Source of the DNA: Candidatus Altarchaeum sp. CG2_30_32_3053 | GTDB lineage: Archaea; Altiarchaeota; Altiarchaeia; Altiarchaeales; Altiarchaeaceae | DNA: 35,048 nt | Reading direction: 5' to 3' | NCBI GenBank assembly: GCA_001873845.1 | Contig: MNZY01000241.1 | Span: 1-35,048 of the forward strand | Shown here: positions 1 through 10,955 of the stretch, piece after piece | Position numbering within the stretch: the stretch's first letter is position 1 | Layout of the letters: every line of letters begins with the position of its first letter | Program-made: the position numbers and the translations under genes | Notes under the pieces: model-generated | What the model was told of the DNA's origin: nothing | Seen by the model: the letters and a program-made list of their open reading frames with translations, nothing else | The model's database searches: none

Positions 1-234
1 TCCATTATGTCAACCAGTGAAAAAAATAAGGGCAAAGTCTATATAAAAAGTCCACAAAAAGTCCACGAAATGTTTAAAAGAGGAATTGTTGGAGAAATGA
101 ATATGTGTAAAAATAATAAAACAATACTTAAACTTGTGAGACCAAATTATGAAGAAATAGAAATATTAAAGTTGTTTGGAAATGAGCACATCGTTGATAA
201 ATCACATTTAAAATCAATGAATATCAATTACTAA
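1..234 (+). CDS. 3' end of a probable IS1634-like DDE transposase (partial; frame is open from the window start)
   Basis: Frame is open from nt 1 (TCC ATT ATG...). The C-terminal pattern SPQKVHEMFK...PNYEEIEILKLFG resembles IS1634-type transposase tails, and a TIR-like end follows at 287-300. Confidence 0.5.
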   Translation, partial: SIMSTSEKNKGKVYIKSPQKVHEMFKRGIVGEMNMCKNNKTILKLVRPNYEEIEILKLFGNEHIVDKSHLKSMNINY

Positions 235-300
235 AAAAGAATTTAAGAACCAACTAATTAAAAAGACTTGAGTAATTTTCGTTCATGTGGGAGACTTGGG
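1..300 (+). mobile_element. Right part of an IS1634-like insertion sequence ending in GTGGGAGACTTGGG
   Basis: 287-300 matches both termini of the MITE at 14995-15154 (11/14 each) and lies just downstream of a transposase-like ORF end. Confidence 0.55.
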
Positions 301-439
301 ATATATTTATTTATATGAAATTTAAATTTATATACACTCAAACTAATTACTAAAACAAGAGTTTAATTTAATTAAAGTTTAATTCATTAGAAGAATAATA
401 AAGGATAATAAAAATAAAATACAATAAAAAATATATAAA

Positions 440-2116
440 ATGGCAGGACAGAATATAGGGCAACCGGTGCTTATATTGCCGGAAGGTGCTTTCAGAAGTA
501 CGGGAAAGGATGCTATGAAAGCAAATATAACAGCAGCAAAATTTGTAGGAGAAGTAGTAAGGACAACATTGGGACCTAAAGGAATGGATAAAATGCTGGT
601 TGATGATTTGGGGGACATAACCATAACGAATGATGGGGCAACTATCGTTGATAATATGAAGGTTGAACATCCAGCAGCAAAAATGATGGTTGAAATAGCA
701 AAGACACAAGATAAAGAAGTTGGAGATGGAACAACGACAGTTATTGTTTTGGCGTCGTCATTATTAGATCAGTCAGAGAAACTTCTTAACTCGGGAATTC
801 ATCCGACAGTAATAATCAGGGGCTATACAATGGCTGCATTACAGGCACAAAAGATACTGGAAAAAAATGCTATGAATGTCACACTTGCTGACAGAGATAT
901 TCTTGAAAAAATAGCGACAACTGCAATGACCGGAAAAGGGGCAGGGGCAGCAAAAACAGAAATAAGAAAACATTGTGTAACTGCTGTAACAAATGTTGCC
1001 GTAAAAGAAAACGGAAAAGTAAAAGTAAATCAGGACGATATTCGGCTGGTTAAGAAGATCGGAAAAAGCATGGCTGAGAGTGAATTGATTGAAGGAGTTG
1101 TTATTGAAAAAGAGACACTGAACATTGATATGCCAAAAATAATAAATGATGCAAAAATTGCATTGCTGGATGCTGCTCTTGAAGTAAAGAAAACAGAAAC
1201 CGATGCAAAAATCTCAATAAGGGATCCTTCACAGATGCAAAAATTTTTGGAACAGGAAGAAAATGCCTTAAAAAATATGGTTGATATTGTTAAAAAAAGC
1301 GGAGCAAAAGTCCTTTTCTGTCAGAAAGGCATTGATGATGTTGCACAGTATTATCTGGCAAAGAATAATATACTGGCTGTCAGAAGGGTTAAAAAGTCAG
1401 ATATGGAAAAACTATCAAAGGCAACAGATGCAAATATTGTCAGTTTAATAAAAGACATGTCATCAGATGATTTGGGATTTGCAGGAATAGTTGAACAGGT
1501 TAAAATTGCGGGAGATGAACTGGTTTTGGTTAAAAAATGCAAGAATCCAAAGGCGGTCTCATTGCTTTTAAGAGGCGGAACAGAACATGTTGTTGATGAA
1601 CTTGAGAGGGCTATAAAGGATGCGATAGGAGGGGTAGCAAGTGCTATTGAAATTGGAAGATATCTTGTAGGTGCAGGAGCAATTGAAATTGAATTATCCA
1701 TGGGGTTGGAGAATTATGCCAAAACAGTCGGGGGCAGGGAACAACTTGCAATATCTGCATTTGCAGAGGCATTGGAAATAGTTCCGAAAACGCTTGCAGA
1801 GAGCGCGGGACTTGATGCCATTGATACAATAGTTTCATTAAAAGAAAAACACGCAAAGGAAAAAGGCGGAATTAATTTTGGTGTTGATGTGATGAATAAA
1901 AAGGTAGATGATATGTATGAGCAGGGCGTTTTTGAACCGCTTAAAATAAAGACACAGGCAATAACCTCGGCAACAGAAGCAGTTGAGATGATTTTAAGGA
2001 TAGATGATGTTGTTGCATCGTCAAAGAAGCCAATGCCACCAATGCCTCCGGGAGGAGGATATGGCGGAGGAGGCATGGGCGGAATGGAGGGCATGGGTGG
2101 AATGGGAATGGAATAA
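440..2116 (+). CDS. ths: Thermosome (group II chaperonin) subunit
   Basis: [25 protein letters not shown] and ILRIDD motifs; GGM-rich C-terminal tail; 558 aa. Confidence 0.98.
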   Translation: MAGQNIGQPVLILPEGAFRSTGKDAMKANITAAKFVGEVVRTTLGPKGMDKMLVDDLGDITITNDGATIVDNMKVEHPAAKMMVEIAKTQDKEVGDGTTTVIVLASSLLDQSEKLLNSGIHPTVIIRGYTMAALQAQKILEKNAMNVTLADRDILEKIATTAMTGKGAGAAKTEIRKHCVTAVTNVAVKENGKVKVNQDDIRLVKKIGKSMAESELIEGVVIEKETLNIDMPKIINDAKIALLDAALEVKKTETDAKISIRDPSQMQKFLEQEENALKNMVDIVKKSGAKVLFCQKGIDDVAQYYLAKNNILAVRRVKKSDMEKLSKATDANIVSLIKDMSSDDLGFAGIVEQVKIAGDELVLVKKCKNPKAVSLLLRGGTEHVVDELERAIKDAIGGVASAIEIGRYLVGAGAIEIELSMGLENYAKTVGGREQLAISAFAEALEIVPKTLAESAGLDAIDTIVSLKEKHAKEKGGINFGVDVMNKKVDDMYEQGVFEPLKIKTQAITSATEAVEMILRIDDVVASSKKPMPPMPPGGGYGGGGMGGMEGMGGMGME

Positions 2117-2217
2117 GACCTTTCAAAAATCACTGACCCACAGACAAAAATTTATATTTTATTTTTTTGTTTTATTTTTTTGTTTTATTTTTTGTTTTAA
2201 ATTTAAGACATTTTAAA

Positions 2218-3009
2218 ATGCGATATGATTCGCAGGTTTCACAGGATACTGAAAATTTTATAATAAAAATCAGGGATGTCAATGTAAGCGAAGAAGAAAT
2301 TTCAGTCATCCCTAAAGAGAAAGGGATTGAGGTTAAAATTTCAGATGAAAATTTACGATTTAATTCACCGAAAATAGATATGGAAAACATAATTTCTGAT
2401 TTGAAGGACAAAATTTTAACGGTAAAGGCAAATATATTAAAAGAGAAACAGGAAACACAGAAACCAAAGGAATTAACAGATAAAATAGGAATGTTCCAAA
2501 AAGAGATAAATGACAGAAATAAAGAGATTGAAAATTTAAAGAACAAATATGAGGCATGTTTAAGGCAGCTTGCAGATTTTGATAATGCGCGAAAAATATG
2601 GGACAACAAAGAGAAAGAAATTAAAAAGTACGGGGCAAAGGACTTTATGCTCAATTTACTTCCTTTACTTGATACCTATAATGCAGCTTTTGCCTCATAC
2701 AAAGACAAAAATTTAAGTGTGGAATCAATGGAGCTCTTTGAAGGAATGAAAAAAATTTACGAGCGGTTAATCTGTGTTTTGAAAGAGCAGGGATTGGGTG
2801 AAATTTCGTCTATGGGAAAAATTTTTGACCCTTATAAGCATGAGGTGCTTATGCAGGAAGAAACAGATAAATTTCCCGATGGCACAATAATTAAGGAATT
2901 TCAAAAAGGATACATTTATAAAGATATGCTGTTAAGGTCTTCAAAAGTGAAGGTTGCGAAGGCAAAAAGCAATGATAATGACAATAATAACAATAACAAA
3001 ATAAATTAA
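2218..3009 (+). CDS. grpE: Nucleotide exchange factor GrpE with an extra N-terminal (Hsp20-like?) domain; start re-assigned to ATG 2218
   Basis: LADFDNARK, LLPLLD, FDPYKHEV and FQKGY...LLRSSKVKV GrpE motifs; directly upstream of dnaK; ATG 2218 is in the AAA-ATG context. Confidence 0.93.
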   Translation: MRYDSQVSQDTENFIIKIRDVNVSEEEISVIPKEKGIEVKISDENLRFNSPKIDMENIISDLKDKILTVKANILKEKQETQKPKELTDKIGMFQKEINDRNKEIENLKNKYEACLRQLADFDNARKIWDNKEKEIKKYGAKDFMLNLLPLLDTYNAAFASYKDKNLSVESMELFEGMKKIYERLICVLKEQGLGEISSMGKIFDPYKHEVLMQEETDKFPDGTIIKEFQKGYIYKDMLLRSSKVKVAKAKSNDNDNNNNNKIN

Positions 3010-3088
3010 TTAAATACAAAAATAACAGGACTAACAATAACAAAATAAATTAATTAAATACAAAAATAACAGGACTAACAATAACAAA
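2988..3088. repeat. 44-bp tandem repeat (about 2.3 copies) spanning the grpE stop codon
   Basis: TAACAATAACAAAATAAATTAATTAAATACAAAAATAACAGGAC starts at 2988, 3032 and (partial) 3076. Confidence 0.92.
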
Positions 3089-3158
3089 TTTTTATATTAA
3101 AATAACAATATAACAATAATCTCAAAATAAAAATTTAAAAAAGTCAAAAAAATTAAAA

Positions 3159-5099
3159 ATGGGTGAAAAAATAATAGGAATTGATTTGGGAACGAGCAAT
3201 TCGGCAGCAGCAGTAATGGTTGGCGGAAAACCAACAATGATTCCAAGTGCGGAAGGAGTAAGTATGTATGGGAAGGCATTTCCGAGCTATGTTGCATTCA
3301 CAAAGGACGGACAATTGCTTGTCGGAGAGCCAGCAAAGAGGCAGGCACCAATGAATCCAGAAGGAACTGTTTATGGCACGAAACGTAAGATGGGAACCAG
3401 TCATAAATACAAAATTTACGGTAAGGAATATACGCCCCAGCAAATTTCAGCAAATATATTGCAAAAGATAAAAAAAGATGCGGAAAAATTTTTGGGTGAG
3501 CCAATACATAAAGCAGTGATTACTGTTCCGGCATATTTTGACGATAATCAGAGACAAGCAACAAAGGATGCAGGTGAAATTGCCGGATTAGAGGTTGTCA
3601 GAATTATTAACGAACCAACGGCTGCTTCCCTGGCTTACGGCTTAGACAAATCGCAAAAAGAAGCAAAAATTCTGGTTTTTGATTTGGGAGGAGGAACGCT
3701 TGATGTTACAATCATGGAATTCGGTGGAGGTGTTTTTGAAGTTAAAGGAACATCAGGAGATACGCAATTAGGTGGGGTAGATATGGATAGTGCAATTATT
3801 GATTACATTATTAATGATTTCAAAAGCAGAGAAGGTGTTGACTTAAGAAATGATAAGACAGCATTTATTCGTTTGAAAGAAGGTGCGGAAAAAGCAAAAA
3901 TAGAACTTTCAACAACCATTGAAACAGAGATAAATTTACCTTATATAACTGCAACACAAACGGGACCAAAGCATCTTATCACAAAAATAACGCGGGCAAA
4001 ACTTGAAGAATTAATAAATCCGATAGTTGAAAAATGCAGAAGACCTGTAGAAATTTCATTAGATAAAGCTAGTATAAAAAAAGAAGATATTGAAAAGGTC
4101 ATAATGGTCGGAGGACCTACAAGAATGCCTGTTGTCTATAAATTTATTGAAAATATTTTTGGAAAGAAAGCAGAAGGTGGAGTTGACCCAATGGAATGTG
4201 TTGCAATTGGAGCGGCAATCCAGGGTGCAGTATTATCTGGAGAACTCCATGATATTTTATTGCTGGATGTAACTCCTTTAACCTTATCAACCGAGACATT
4301 GGGCGGGATAGCAACACCATTAATTTCAGCAAATACGACAATTCCGACAAAAAAATCACAGATATTTACTACCGCAGCTGATTTCCAGACAGCTGTTACA
4401 ATTCATGTTGCCCAGGGTGAAAGACCTCTTGCCAAAGACAATACTTCATTAGGTATGTTTAACCTGACAGGACTTCCCCCTGCTCCAAGAGGGGTTCCGC
4501 AAATAGAGATTACTTATGATATTGATGCTAATGGAATATTAAATGTCAAAGCAAAGGATTTGGGGACAGGAAAAGAAGCGGGAATTACAATAAGCGCATC
4601 AACAAAATTAAGCAAGGAGCAGATTGAGCGTATGAAGAAAGATGCGGAGAGGTTTGCAGAAGAGGATAAAAAGAAAAAGGAAGAGCAGGAATTAAAAAAC
4701 GAGGCAGAATCACTAGTATACCAGTCAGAAAAGTTAATCAAAGATCTTGAAGGTAAAATCAGCGAAGAAAATAAGAATAAGATAAATGAGGCATCCAAGG
4801 AACTAAAAGAAGCAATAGGAAATAACGATATGAGTATGATGAAGACAAAATTTGAAAATTTAAAAAACATCTTGCAACAAGTAGGAACAGCGGTTTATCA
4901 GCAGGCATCCCAGCAACAGCAACAGCAACAATCACAGGCAGGGTCTGGTGGAGTAGGTGAAGGAGATCAGCAAAATCAGGAGAGCAGCAGCAGCCAGCAG
5001 GGTCAGGAAGATACAGGACAGAATACAGGAAAAGGTGAACAAAAAGAAGAGAAAAAAGACAGCAAGGTTTATGATGCGGATTATGAAGTGAATAAATAA
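3159..5099 (+). CDS. dnaK: Molecular chaperone DnaK (Hsp70)
   Basis: [30 protein letters not shown] and GVPQIEIT motifs; Q/S-rich tail ending DADYEV. Confidence 0.99.
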   Translation: MGEKIIGIDLGTSNSAAAVMVGGKPTMIPSAEGVSMYGKAFPSYVAFTKDGQLLVGEPAKRQAPMNPEGTVYGTKRKMGTSHKYKIYGKEYTPQQISANILQKIKKDAEKFLGEPIHKAVITVPAYFDDNQRQATKDAGEIAGLEVVRIINEPTAASLAYGLDKSQKEAKILVFDLGGGTLDVTIMEFGGGVFEVKGTSGDTQLGGVDMDSAIIDYIINDFKSREGVDLRNDKTAFIRLKEGAEKAKIELSTTIETEINLPYITATQTGPKHLITKITRAKLEELINPIVEKCRRPVEISLDKASIKKEDIEKVIMVGGPTRMPVVYKFIENIFGKKAEGGVDPMECVAIGAAIQGAVLSGELHDILLLDVTPLTLSTETLGGIATPLISANTTIPTKKSQIFTTAADFQTAVTIHVAQGERPLAKDNTSLGMFNLTGLPPAPRGVPQIEITYDIDANGILNVKAKDLGTGKEAGITISASTKLSKEQIERMKKDAERFAEEDKKKKEEQELKNEAESLVYQSEKLIKDLEGKISEENKNKINEASKELKEAIGNNDMSMMKTKFENLKNILQQVGTAVYQQASQQQQQQQSQAGSGGVGEGDQQNQESSSSQQGQEDTGQNTGKGEQKEEKKDSKVYDADYEVNK

Positions 5100-5223
5100 G
5101 AAATTTTGTTGTGATGTGGTTTGTCCGACGGAAATTTTAAATTTTTAAATTTTTTTATTTTTTGATTAAACAATAAAAAATAATGAGGAAATATGATAAC
5201 AACCACAATAATAACAGGATTAT

Positions 5224-5932
5224 AGTGAATCTATCAACATTTTAATTATAATAATTTTAGTATCGGATTTGTGTTTGTTTTTTTAGGCAGGTCCGAACGA
5301 CATCAGGAGGTTATATTGACAGAAAAGTCTGCTTTTACTGCCAAAGCACTTAAGGATTTATACGATTCTGTAAAAGAAGAAGTAGGAAAAGGTTATTTTG
5401 GACATACTGTTGAAGTAAAAGGAAAGATTGAATGTGGCAAGCCCTTAACTTCGGAGTTGACTAAAGAAGAGTGTGTTTTTTATAAAACAGAAGTAGAAAG
5501 GAAATATGAAGAGACATACTCCGTAACCAATCCCTAAACCCGGAGGAGAAATTAATGACATAAAAAGGTAATGAAACAGTCAGCCAAAACACTTTATATA
5601 CTGCCTTTTTTATTGCGGATAAAACCGAAAAAACAAAAGTAAATCCCTTTTCATTTAATATTAATTTGCCTCAACAGGGAAGAAAAACTTTAGGTTATAC
5701 ATTAGAGTTTTAGGTGAGGCGTCTGATACATCCGGTGAACTAAAAATTGCCAAGCCAGTCGCAAAAAGCGGAAATTTCATCATTTCAACAAAGTCAAAAG
5801 AAGAACTAACAGAAGAAATCAGAAAAAAGATACAATATTTAAAATCGGAGCTGTAATTTGTTTTGTTTTGGGGCAATATTAATCATAATCATGTATGGTT
5901 TTTTACAAACTGAAATTTGCCAGACAGAATAA
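5224..5932 (+). pseudogene. Degraded GIDE-domain (E3-ligase-family) membrane protein
   Basis: Fragments in shifting frames: VEVKGKIECGKPLTSELTKEECVFY; KGNETVSQN...FFIADKTEKTKVNP; GRKTLGY; VLGEASD...FIISTKSKEEL; C-terminal TM. Stops, frameshifts and apparent deletions are present; the start is approximate. Confidence 0.7.
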
Positions 5933-5973
5933 ATAAAATGACAGGAAACACATGAATATGACAACCCGCTATC

Positions 5974-6690
5974 CTAATGGCCTGCTTCTATTTGGCACTT
6001 AACAATTCCTTCATCAGCAATAACAATTCCTTCATCAATTATTTTAAACAATTTTTTTTGTCCTTCTCTGATAAATTTATGTTTTTTCATTATGGTAAAT
6101 CTGCCTGTGTCGTTTAAATTTTCCCGTCCAAGTTCAATGATTACCTTACACCAGTATTTTAAAATTTCCCCGCCGACAGGTGAAATTTCCTTTGTCTCAA
6201 TGTCAGTATAGACCTGATTTGTGATAATAATCGGAATGTTAAATTTTCTGCTTATTCTTAGCAAAATTTCAAGCTGTTTTCCGAGCAAAATCTGCCTTTC
6301 CTGTCTTTCATTTATATTGTTCGCTTCCTCAAGCCGATAGAGCATTGTGATTGAATCAACAATAACAAGCCCGATTTTTTCATTTATCATTTTTTCAACA
6401 CTGTCAATCGCTGTTTTTTGCTCCCTGTATGTTGTGGGTTCAATCAGAATTATGTTTTTTAAGACAGATGTTGTTTTTTCTTTGGATATTTGCTTTACTC
6501 TTTCAACCGAAAAACCACCTTCTGTATCAATAAATATTACTTTTTTTTCCCTTAATGCAACATTTACAGCAGCAATCATACATAAATTTGTCTTTCCCGA
6601 TGCAGGAGGTCCATAAATTTGTGTAAGTGTTTTTTCCAAAATTCCGCTGCCAAAAATTTCATTAAAAATTTTATCTGTGTTGAGCATCAT
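5974..6690 (-). CDS. radB: DNA repair and recombination protein RadB
   Basis: Walker A GPPASGKT, IDTEGGFS, VIVDS, ITNQV, PVGG and a KH(K) C-terminal motif; lacks the RadA N-terminal domain; 238 aa. Confidence 0.92.
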   Translation of the reverse strand: MMLNTDKIFNEIFGSGILEKTLTQIYGPPASGKTNLCMIAAVNVALREKKVIFIDTEGGFSVERVKQISKEKTTSVLKNIILIEPTTYREQKTAIDSVEKMINEKIGLVIVDSITMLYRLEEANNINERQERQILLGKQLEILLRISRKFNIPIIITNQVYTDIETKEISPVGGEILKYWCKVIIELGRENLNDTGRFTIMKKHKFIREGQKKLFKIIDEGIVIADEGIVKCQIEAGH

Positions 6691-6713
6691 CTTAAATATT
6701 AAGGGTATTTTTG

Positions 6714-7802
6714 TTATTTTAATCTTTTTTTTTCAGAGTGTTCAAGTTCGTTAATATTGTTTATTCTTTTATATGCAACAATTAATGCAGTATATCCGAA
6801 TAAAGAGACAAACCAGTAACTAATTATACGGTCAACTATAACCGCGGCAGCGGCATATTCAGAAGGAACGCCTAAAAGAGTGTAAAGTCCGGTGCTGCTA
6901 ACCTCCCATATTCCTATTCCCCCAGGCAAGGTCGGAATGTATGAAATTATAAGTACAACAACAAGCACGGTAACAAAAACAACAATGTCAATGTTATAGC
7001 CAATTGCAATAAATATAGTATATAATCGTAAGAATGAAAAAAACCAGATGATGAAAGAAATTATAGTTCCAAGTCCGAAAATTTTTATATTTAACCCGTA
7101 TTTTGCTCCGTCATGAAACTCTGAAACAATATCGTCAATTTTGTTTTTTGTCTCAGACATTCTTTTTTTCAGAAACGAAAATTTTGAAAATAATTTTATA
7201 AAGAATGTTACGATTTTTAAAGCACGTTTTCTGTCAACAATGGACAAAAAAGAGACCAAAGACAATATTCCGACAACTATTGCCGCAATTATGAGAAGCA
7301 GTGCAACGTATAAAGAAATTTCATCCGCAAGAACAAAATATAGGGATATGAAGATTAACAGCAGCACAGGCAAAATTTCAAGATTTAAATTTATAATTGC
7401 ACTTCCGAATGACTTTGCCACCGGAAAATTATCTAATTTTGAAAGAATGTATGCTCTTATCGGCTCGCTGACAACACTTCCGGCAGGAACAATATTTCCG
7501 GAAAACAGTCCGACAGATGTTGCCAAAAACAAACTCGTGAAGGAAATTTCCTTATTTTTTATTTTATCGTAAAGCACGATTGCCCACCTCAATGTGTGGA
7601 GAAATATTATAAAGACCTGCAGGCCAATCAGCAGGAGCAAAATCCGGACATCTAACTTTGACATAGCACTCCAGACCTTGTCAATTCCAATCAGGAAAAG
7701 TAAGAGAATCAGGATAATAATGCCTATTATGAAAAGTACAGTGGTTCTTTTATTTATGTGTAATGGTTCGGATATTTTTGGTATGTTTGTCTCTGCATGC
7801 AT
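6714..7802 (-). CDS. Flippase-like membrane protein (UPF0104 / lysylphosphatidylglycerol synthase TM family)
   Basis: Multiple TM helices; LRW, NIVPAG..SEPIRAY, PTLPGGIGIWE and DRIISYW motifs. Confidence 0.85.
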   Translation of the reverse strand: MHAETNIPKISEPLHINKRTTVLFIIGIIILILLLFLIGIDKVWSAMSKLDVRILLLLIGLQVFIIFLHTLRWAIVLYDKIKNKEISFTSLFLATSVGLFSGNIVPAGSVVSEPIRAYILSKLDNFPVAKSFGSAIINLNLEILPVLLLIFISLYFVLADEISLYVALLLIIAAIVVGILSLVSFLSIVDRKRALKIVTFFIKLFSKFSFLKKRMSETKNKIDDIVSEFHDGAKYGLNIKIFGLGTIISFIIWFFSFLRLYTIFIAIGYNIDIVVFVTVLVVVLIISYIPTLPGGIGIWEVSSTGLYTLLGVPSEYAAAAVIVDRIISYWFVSLFGYTALIVAYKRINNINELEHSEKKRLK

Positions 7803-7825
7803 TTTTGGACTTCGTGAAATTAACT

Positions 7826-7902
7826 ATAAATTGATCATAAATTGATCATAAATTATTGGAGAAAATTATAACTCAAATTATAACTCAAATTATAATTCAA
7901 AA
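7826..7902. repeat. Adjacent short tandem repeats (11-bp ATAAATTGATC x2.6; 12-bp AATTATAACTCA x3)
   Basis: Seen directly upstream of the flippase-like gene. Confidence 0.85.
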
Positions 7903-8115
7903 TTTTACAAAATTTTAAAACAAAATTCAGAAATTTATAGTGAATTTTTCAACTTTTAATTATTTATTTTGAACATCAATATTGCATATTATGATTTGAA
8001 TAATAAATATGGATAAAAACAATATTCTCAGAAGAAGGGATAGAGGGAAGGTATTAAAACAAAATTAAAAAGAGATTAAGAAAAAAGAGTAATAGGATAT
8101 AGAAAGTATGGTCCG

Positions 8116-8745
8116 TTATAAAATTTCCTCAATCTCTATATTTGTCATAAATCCATATTTTTTCTCATTTATTATCAATGTTGGAAATTCTTCTATATTG
8201 TAAATTTTTTTAAATGCATCTATAGTTGACAGATCCAAATCAGCGTCAAATGAAAATACCATCAAGTCATTCACATATTTTCTCTTTAAGTCGGTAAGAA
8301 TCATCCCCTGATCGTTACATTTATTACATTTTGAATTGTAAAAATAGAGAATTATTGAATAATCAAAGCTGCACCTTTCCTTTAATTTTCTTGTAAAAAT
8401 ATAATGTTGCGTTTGCATCAAAGTATATTCCTTCTTTAGATTTTTATAAGTTGGTATGTCAATTTTCTTTGATTCTTCAAATTTTTCTACTTTTATTCCT
8501 GTGGCATAGCTGTCGTTTGCTAATTTTTCAACTATTCTTGAAGATAAATTGCATGTCTCATTTCTTATATTCAAATCATAAAGAATTTCGTTAAGATTTG
8601 CACTTTTTATCATCATATCTATTTCTTTAAACTCTTCTTTTAGAACTTCCGATTGCTGAACATTTATTTCTATACCTAAAAACACCCCGAATAAAAACAC
8701 AATTGTTGTTAGTATAGCAGCAAATATGTATAAATTTTTGTTCAT
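8116..8745 (-). CDS. Membrane-anchored protein with a C-terminal thioredoxin-like domain
   Basis: N-terminal TM helix; ILYFYNSKCNKC (CxxC) and FPTLIIN cis-Pro-type motif. Confidence 0.7.
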   Translation of the reverse strand: MNKNLYIFAAILTTIVFLFGVFLGIEINVQQSEVLKEEFKEIDMMIKSANLNEILYDLNIRNETCNLSSRIVEKLANDSYATGIKVEKFEESKKIDIPTYKNLKKEYTLMQTQHYIFTRKLKERCSFDYSIILYFYNSKCNKCNDQGMILTDLKRKYVNDLMVFSFDADLDLSTIDAFKKIYNIEEFPTLIINEKKYGFMTNIEIEEIL

Positions 8746-8769
8746 TTTATCACATTATTTATTATCTTT

Positions 8770-10026
8770 TTACCATCCTTTTTTCATACTAATTTTTCTA
8801 TAGATTATGTAAAATATGCTCGCCATAAAAAATGTTGAATATATTAAAAAGTAAAAGAGTAAAAAATATACTGCGGATTTTAATTTTTCTTTATTTGTTG
8901 TTTTTTTATTATCTATTTCTCCTGAAAATTTAAAACTTAAAAAGATTACTATAATTGAAATAAGGAAAAATACAAGCAGAAAACCTGACATAAAACCAAA
9001 TTCAAAATTTATTGAAAAGTCAATTGTTGCTATTCCAAGTATTAGTTTTTTTACAAAATTTAATATCGGCTGGATGAAGGTAAAAAACAGAAAGGTAAAT
9101 AAAAAGAACAACGCTGCAAAACTCATTACAAAATTCATCGGTATTATAAAGAACCCCAAATTCGGAGAACACCTGCTAAATATCAGGTCTCTATGATTTC
9201 CAAAAATATTTTCTATATATCCTCCATACCACCTTAATCTTTGCCTATATAAATTAAAAATTTTTTCAGGTGTCGTGGTGTAAGTTATGGCATTTACCGA
9301 ATTTTCAATTTTTAAGCCAGTTTTCTGTATTTTCATAGCAATTTCCATGTCTTCAACAAGATTTTTTTCATCAAAAGAAAATTCATTAAAAATTTTCCTT
9401 CTATAGATGCTTCCAGGTCCCGGAGTTACATATACTGCATTCATAAAAGAAAGAATTTTTCTTATATATATTGAAAATAAATACTCAATATATTGTATTT
9501 TCTGGATAATATTTTTTGTTTCTTTAACCTTCATAGACGGAGTAACTGCAACAACATTTCTATCATTAAATTTTTCAATAACATTTTTCAAAAAATTTTT
9601 TTCAAATTCAGAATCAGCATCCAAGCAGCAAACAAAGTCATCATCTGCCTGGCTTATGGCAATATTTAAGGAGTTTGCTTTTCCTGCATTTTTTTCTTTT
9701 TTTATTAATTTAAAATTTTCAAATTTTTCATACCCTTCGCAAATTTTTACCGTGTTATCCTTTGAGCAATCATCAACAACAATTATGTGCAATTTTTCTT
9801 TCGGGTAATCAAGATTTAAACACGACTCAACAGCATTCTTTATGTTCTTTTCTTCATTGTATGTAGGAATAATTATAGCAACTGTCGGAAAATCAATTAT
9901 TTTTGAAGATTTGGAAATTTCCTCTGTTATATTTTCAAATTTTTCAATAACAATAAGCAAAAATAATATTGCTATATATAAAGATAAAAAGTAAAGGACA
10001 AATGTTGTTGTGATTATAATATCCAT
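8770..10026 (-). CDS. Integral-membrane GT2 glycosyltransferase (PgaC/cellulose-synthase-like)
   Basis: IPTYNEE, VDD, GKANSLN, DAD, ED and QRLRW (D,D,D,QxxRW); TM segments at both ends. Confidence 0.88.
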   Translation of the reverse strand: MDIIITTTFVLYFLSLYIAILFLLIVIEKFENITEEISKSSKIIDFPTVAIIIPTYNEEKNIKNAVESCLNLDYPKEKLHIIVVDDCSKDNTVKICEGYEKFENFKLIKKEKNAGKANSLNIAISQADDDFVCCLDADSEFEKNFLKNVIEKFNDRNVVAVTPSMKVKETKNIIQKIQYIEYLFSIYIRKILSFMNAVYVTPGPGSIYRRKIFNEFSFDEKNLVEDMEIAMKIQKTGLKIENSVNAITYTTTPEKIFNLYRQRLRWYGGYIENIFGNHRDLIFSRCSPNLGFFIIPMNFVMSFAALFFLFTFLFFTFIQPILNFVKKLILGIATIDFSINFEFGFMSGFLLVFFLISIIVIFLSFKFSGEIDNKKTTNKEKLKSAVYFLLFYFLIYSTFFMASIFYIIYRKISMKKGW

Positions 10027-10191
10027 TCTTTATAATTTTACCAATTAACTTATTAATTTGTTCTTGTTTACTAAAAATAGCATAACATACTGTTTTTTCT
10101 TAAAATTGTAATTACACTTAAATTTATCAATATCCAAAACCAAATTTTAATACCTCTATTTTAAAATTATTTTAAAAACCCGAATACAAAA

Positions 10192-10833
10192 ATGAAAATT
10201 TATCCGATAATCTCTCCATCGGCCGATTCAAACACATACCTTTTAGAGGATGAGGAAGATGAAAAAATCTGCATAATTGACCCCGGCTACACACAGGAAC
10301 ATCTGGAAAGAATAATTTCAGTCCTTGAAAATGAAACTGGAAAATTTGGAAAATTTCCGGATTTTATAATAAATACACACTGTCATTACGACCATATAGC
10401 AAATGATGAATATTTTGCAGACAGGGGAATAAAAATTTTTCTTAATGAAATTGACGGAAAGGCGATTTTAGAGCAAAACGATGAAAAAATTTTAGCCTGT
10501 TTTTTTGAAATGAAGGTACCGAAAATAAGCAACATTGAATTTGCGGATAACGATGAGCTCATAAATTTAGGCAAGACAAAACTTAAAATTTTGCACACGC
10601 CTGGACACACATCCGGTTCAATCTCCGTTTATGAAGAAAAAACAAAGTCATTATTTTCAGGAGACCTCGTATTTTCAGAGGGTGTAGGAAGAATGGACCT
10701 GCCGGGCGGAAATTTTGAGGACTTAAAGCATTCAATAGATAAAATTCTGGACTTAAATTTTAAGACATTTTATCCAGGACACGGAAAAACAGGAACTTAT
10801 GGAAATGTGAAGAGGATACGAAAATTTATATAA
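10192..10833 (+). CDS. MBL-fold metallo-hydrolase (glyoxalase II-like)
   Basis: IDPG, THCHYDH, HTPGHT, SGD and PGHG motifs. Confidence 0.92.
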   Translation: MKIYPIISPSADSNTYLLEDEEDEKICIIDPGYTQEHLERIISVLENETGKFGKFPDFIINTHCHYDHIANDEYFADRGIKIFLNEIDGKAILEQNDEKILACFFEMKVPKISNIEFADNDELINLGKTKLKILHTPGHTSGSISVYEEKTKSLFSGDLVFSEGVGRMDLPGGNFEDLKHSIDKILDLNFKTFYPGHGKTGTYGNVKRIRKFI

Positions 10834-10955
10834 GCAAGCAAAGAAAACTGACCAATTTATTTGTTGGATGAGTTTGTCAAATAACATATTTTATATGATA
10901 CTAATTCATATATCTAATATGGTTGAATTATTATTATGTGAGTAATGTAAAATTT

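Noticed and set aside
2167-2217. Hydrophobic N-terminus of GrpE (MFYFFVLFFV...) as a membrane anchor
   Set aside because: Translation of a T-rich repeat/terminator-like tract; ATG 2218 fits the start context.
5101-5140. GTGATGT...CCGA inside a hairpin after dnaK as a second C/D or K-loop RNA
   Set aside because: Both boxes deviate from consensus and there is no second pair; more likely a terminator-region hairpin.
7960-8115. Hydrophobic minus-strand frame that could be a signal-peptide remnant
   Set aside because: No start codon, an internal stop, and explainable by purine-rich composition.
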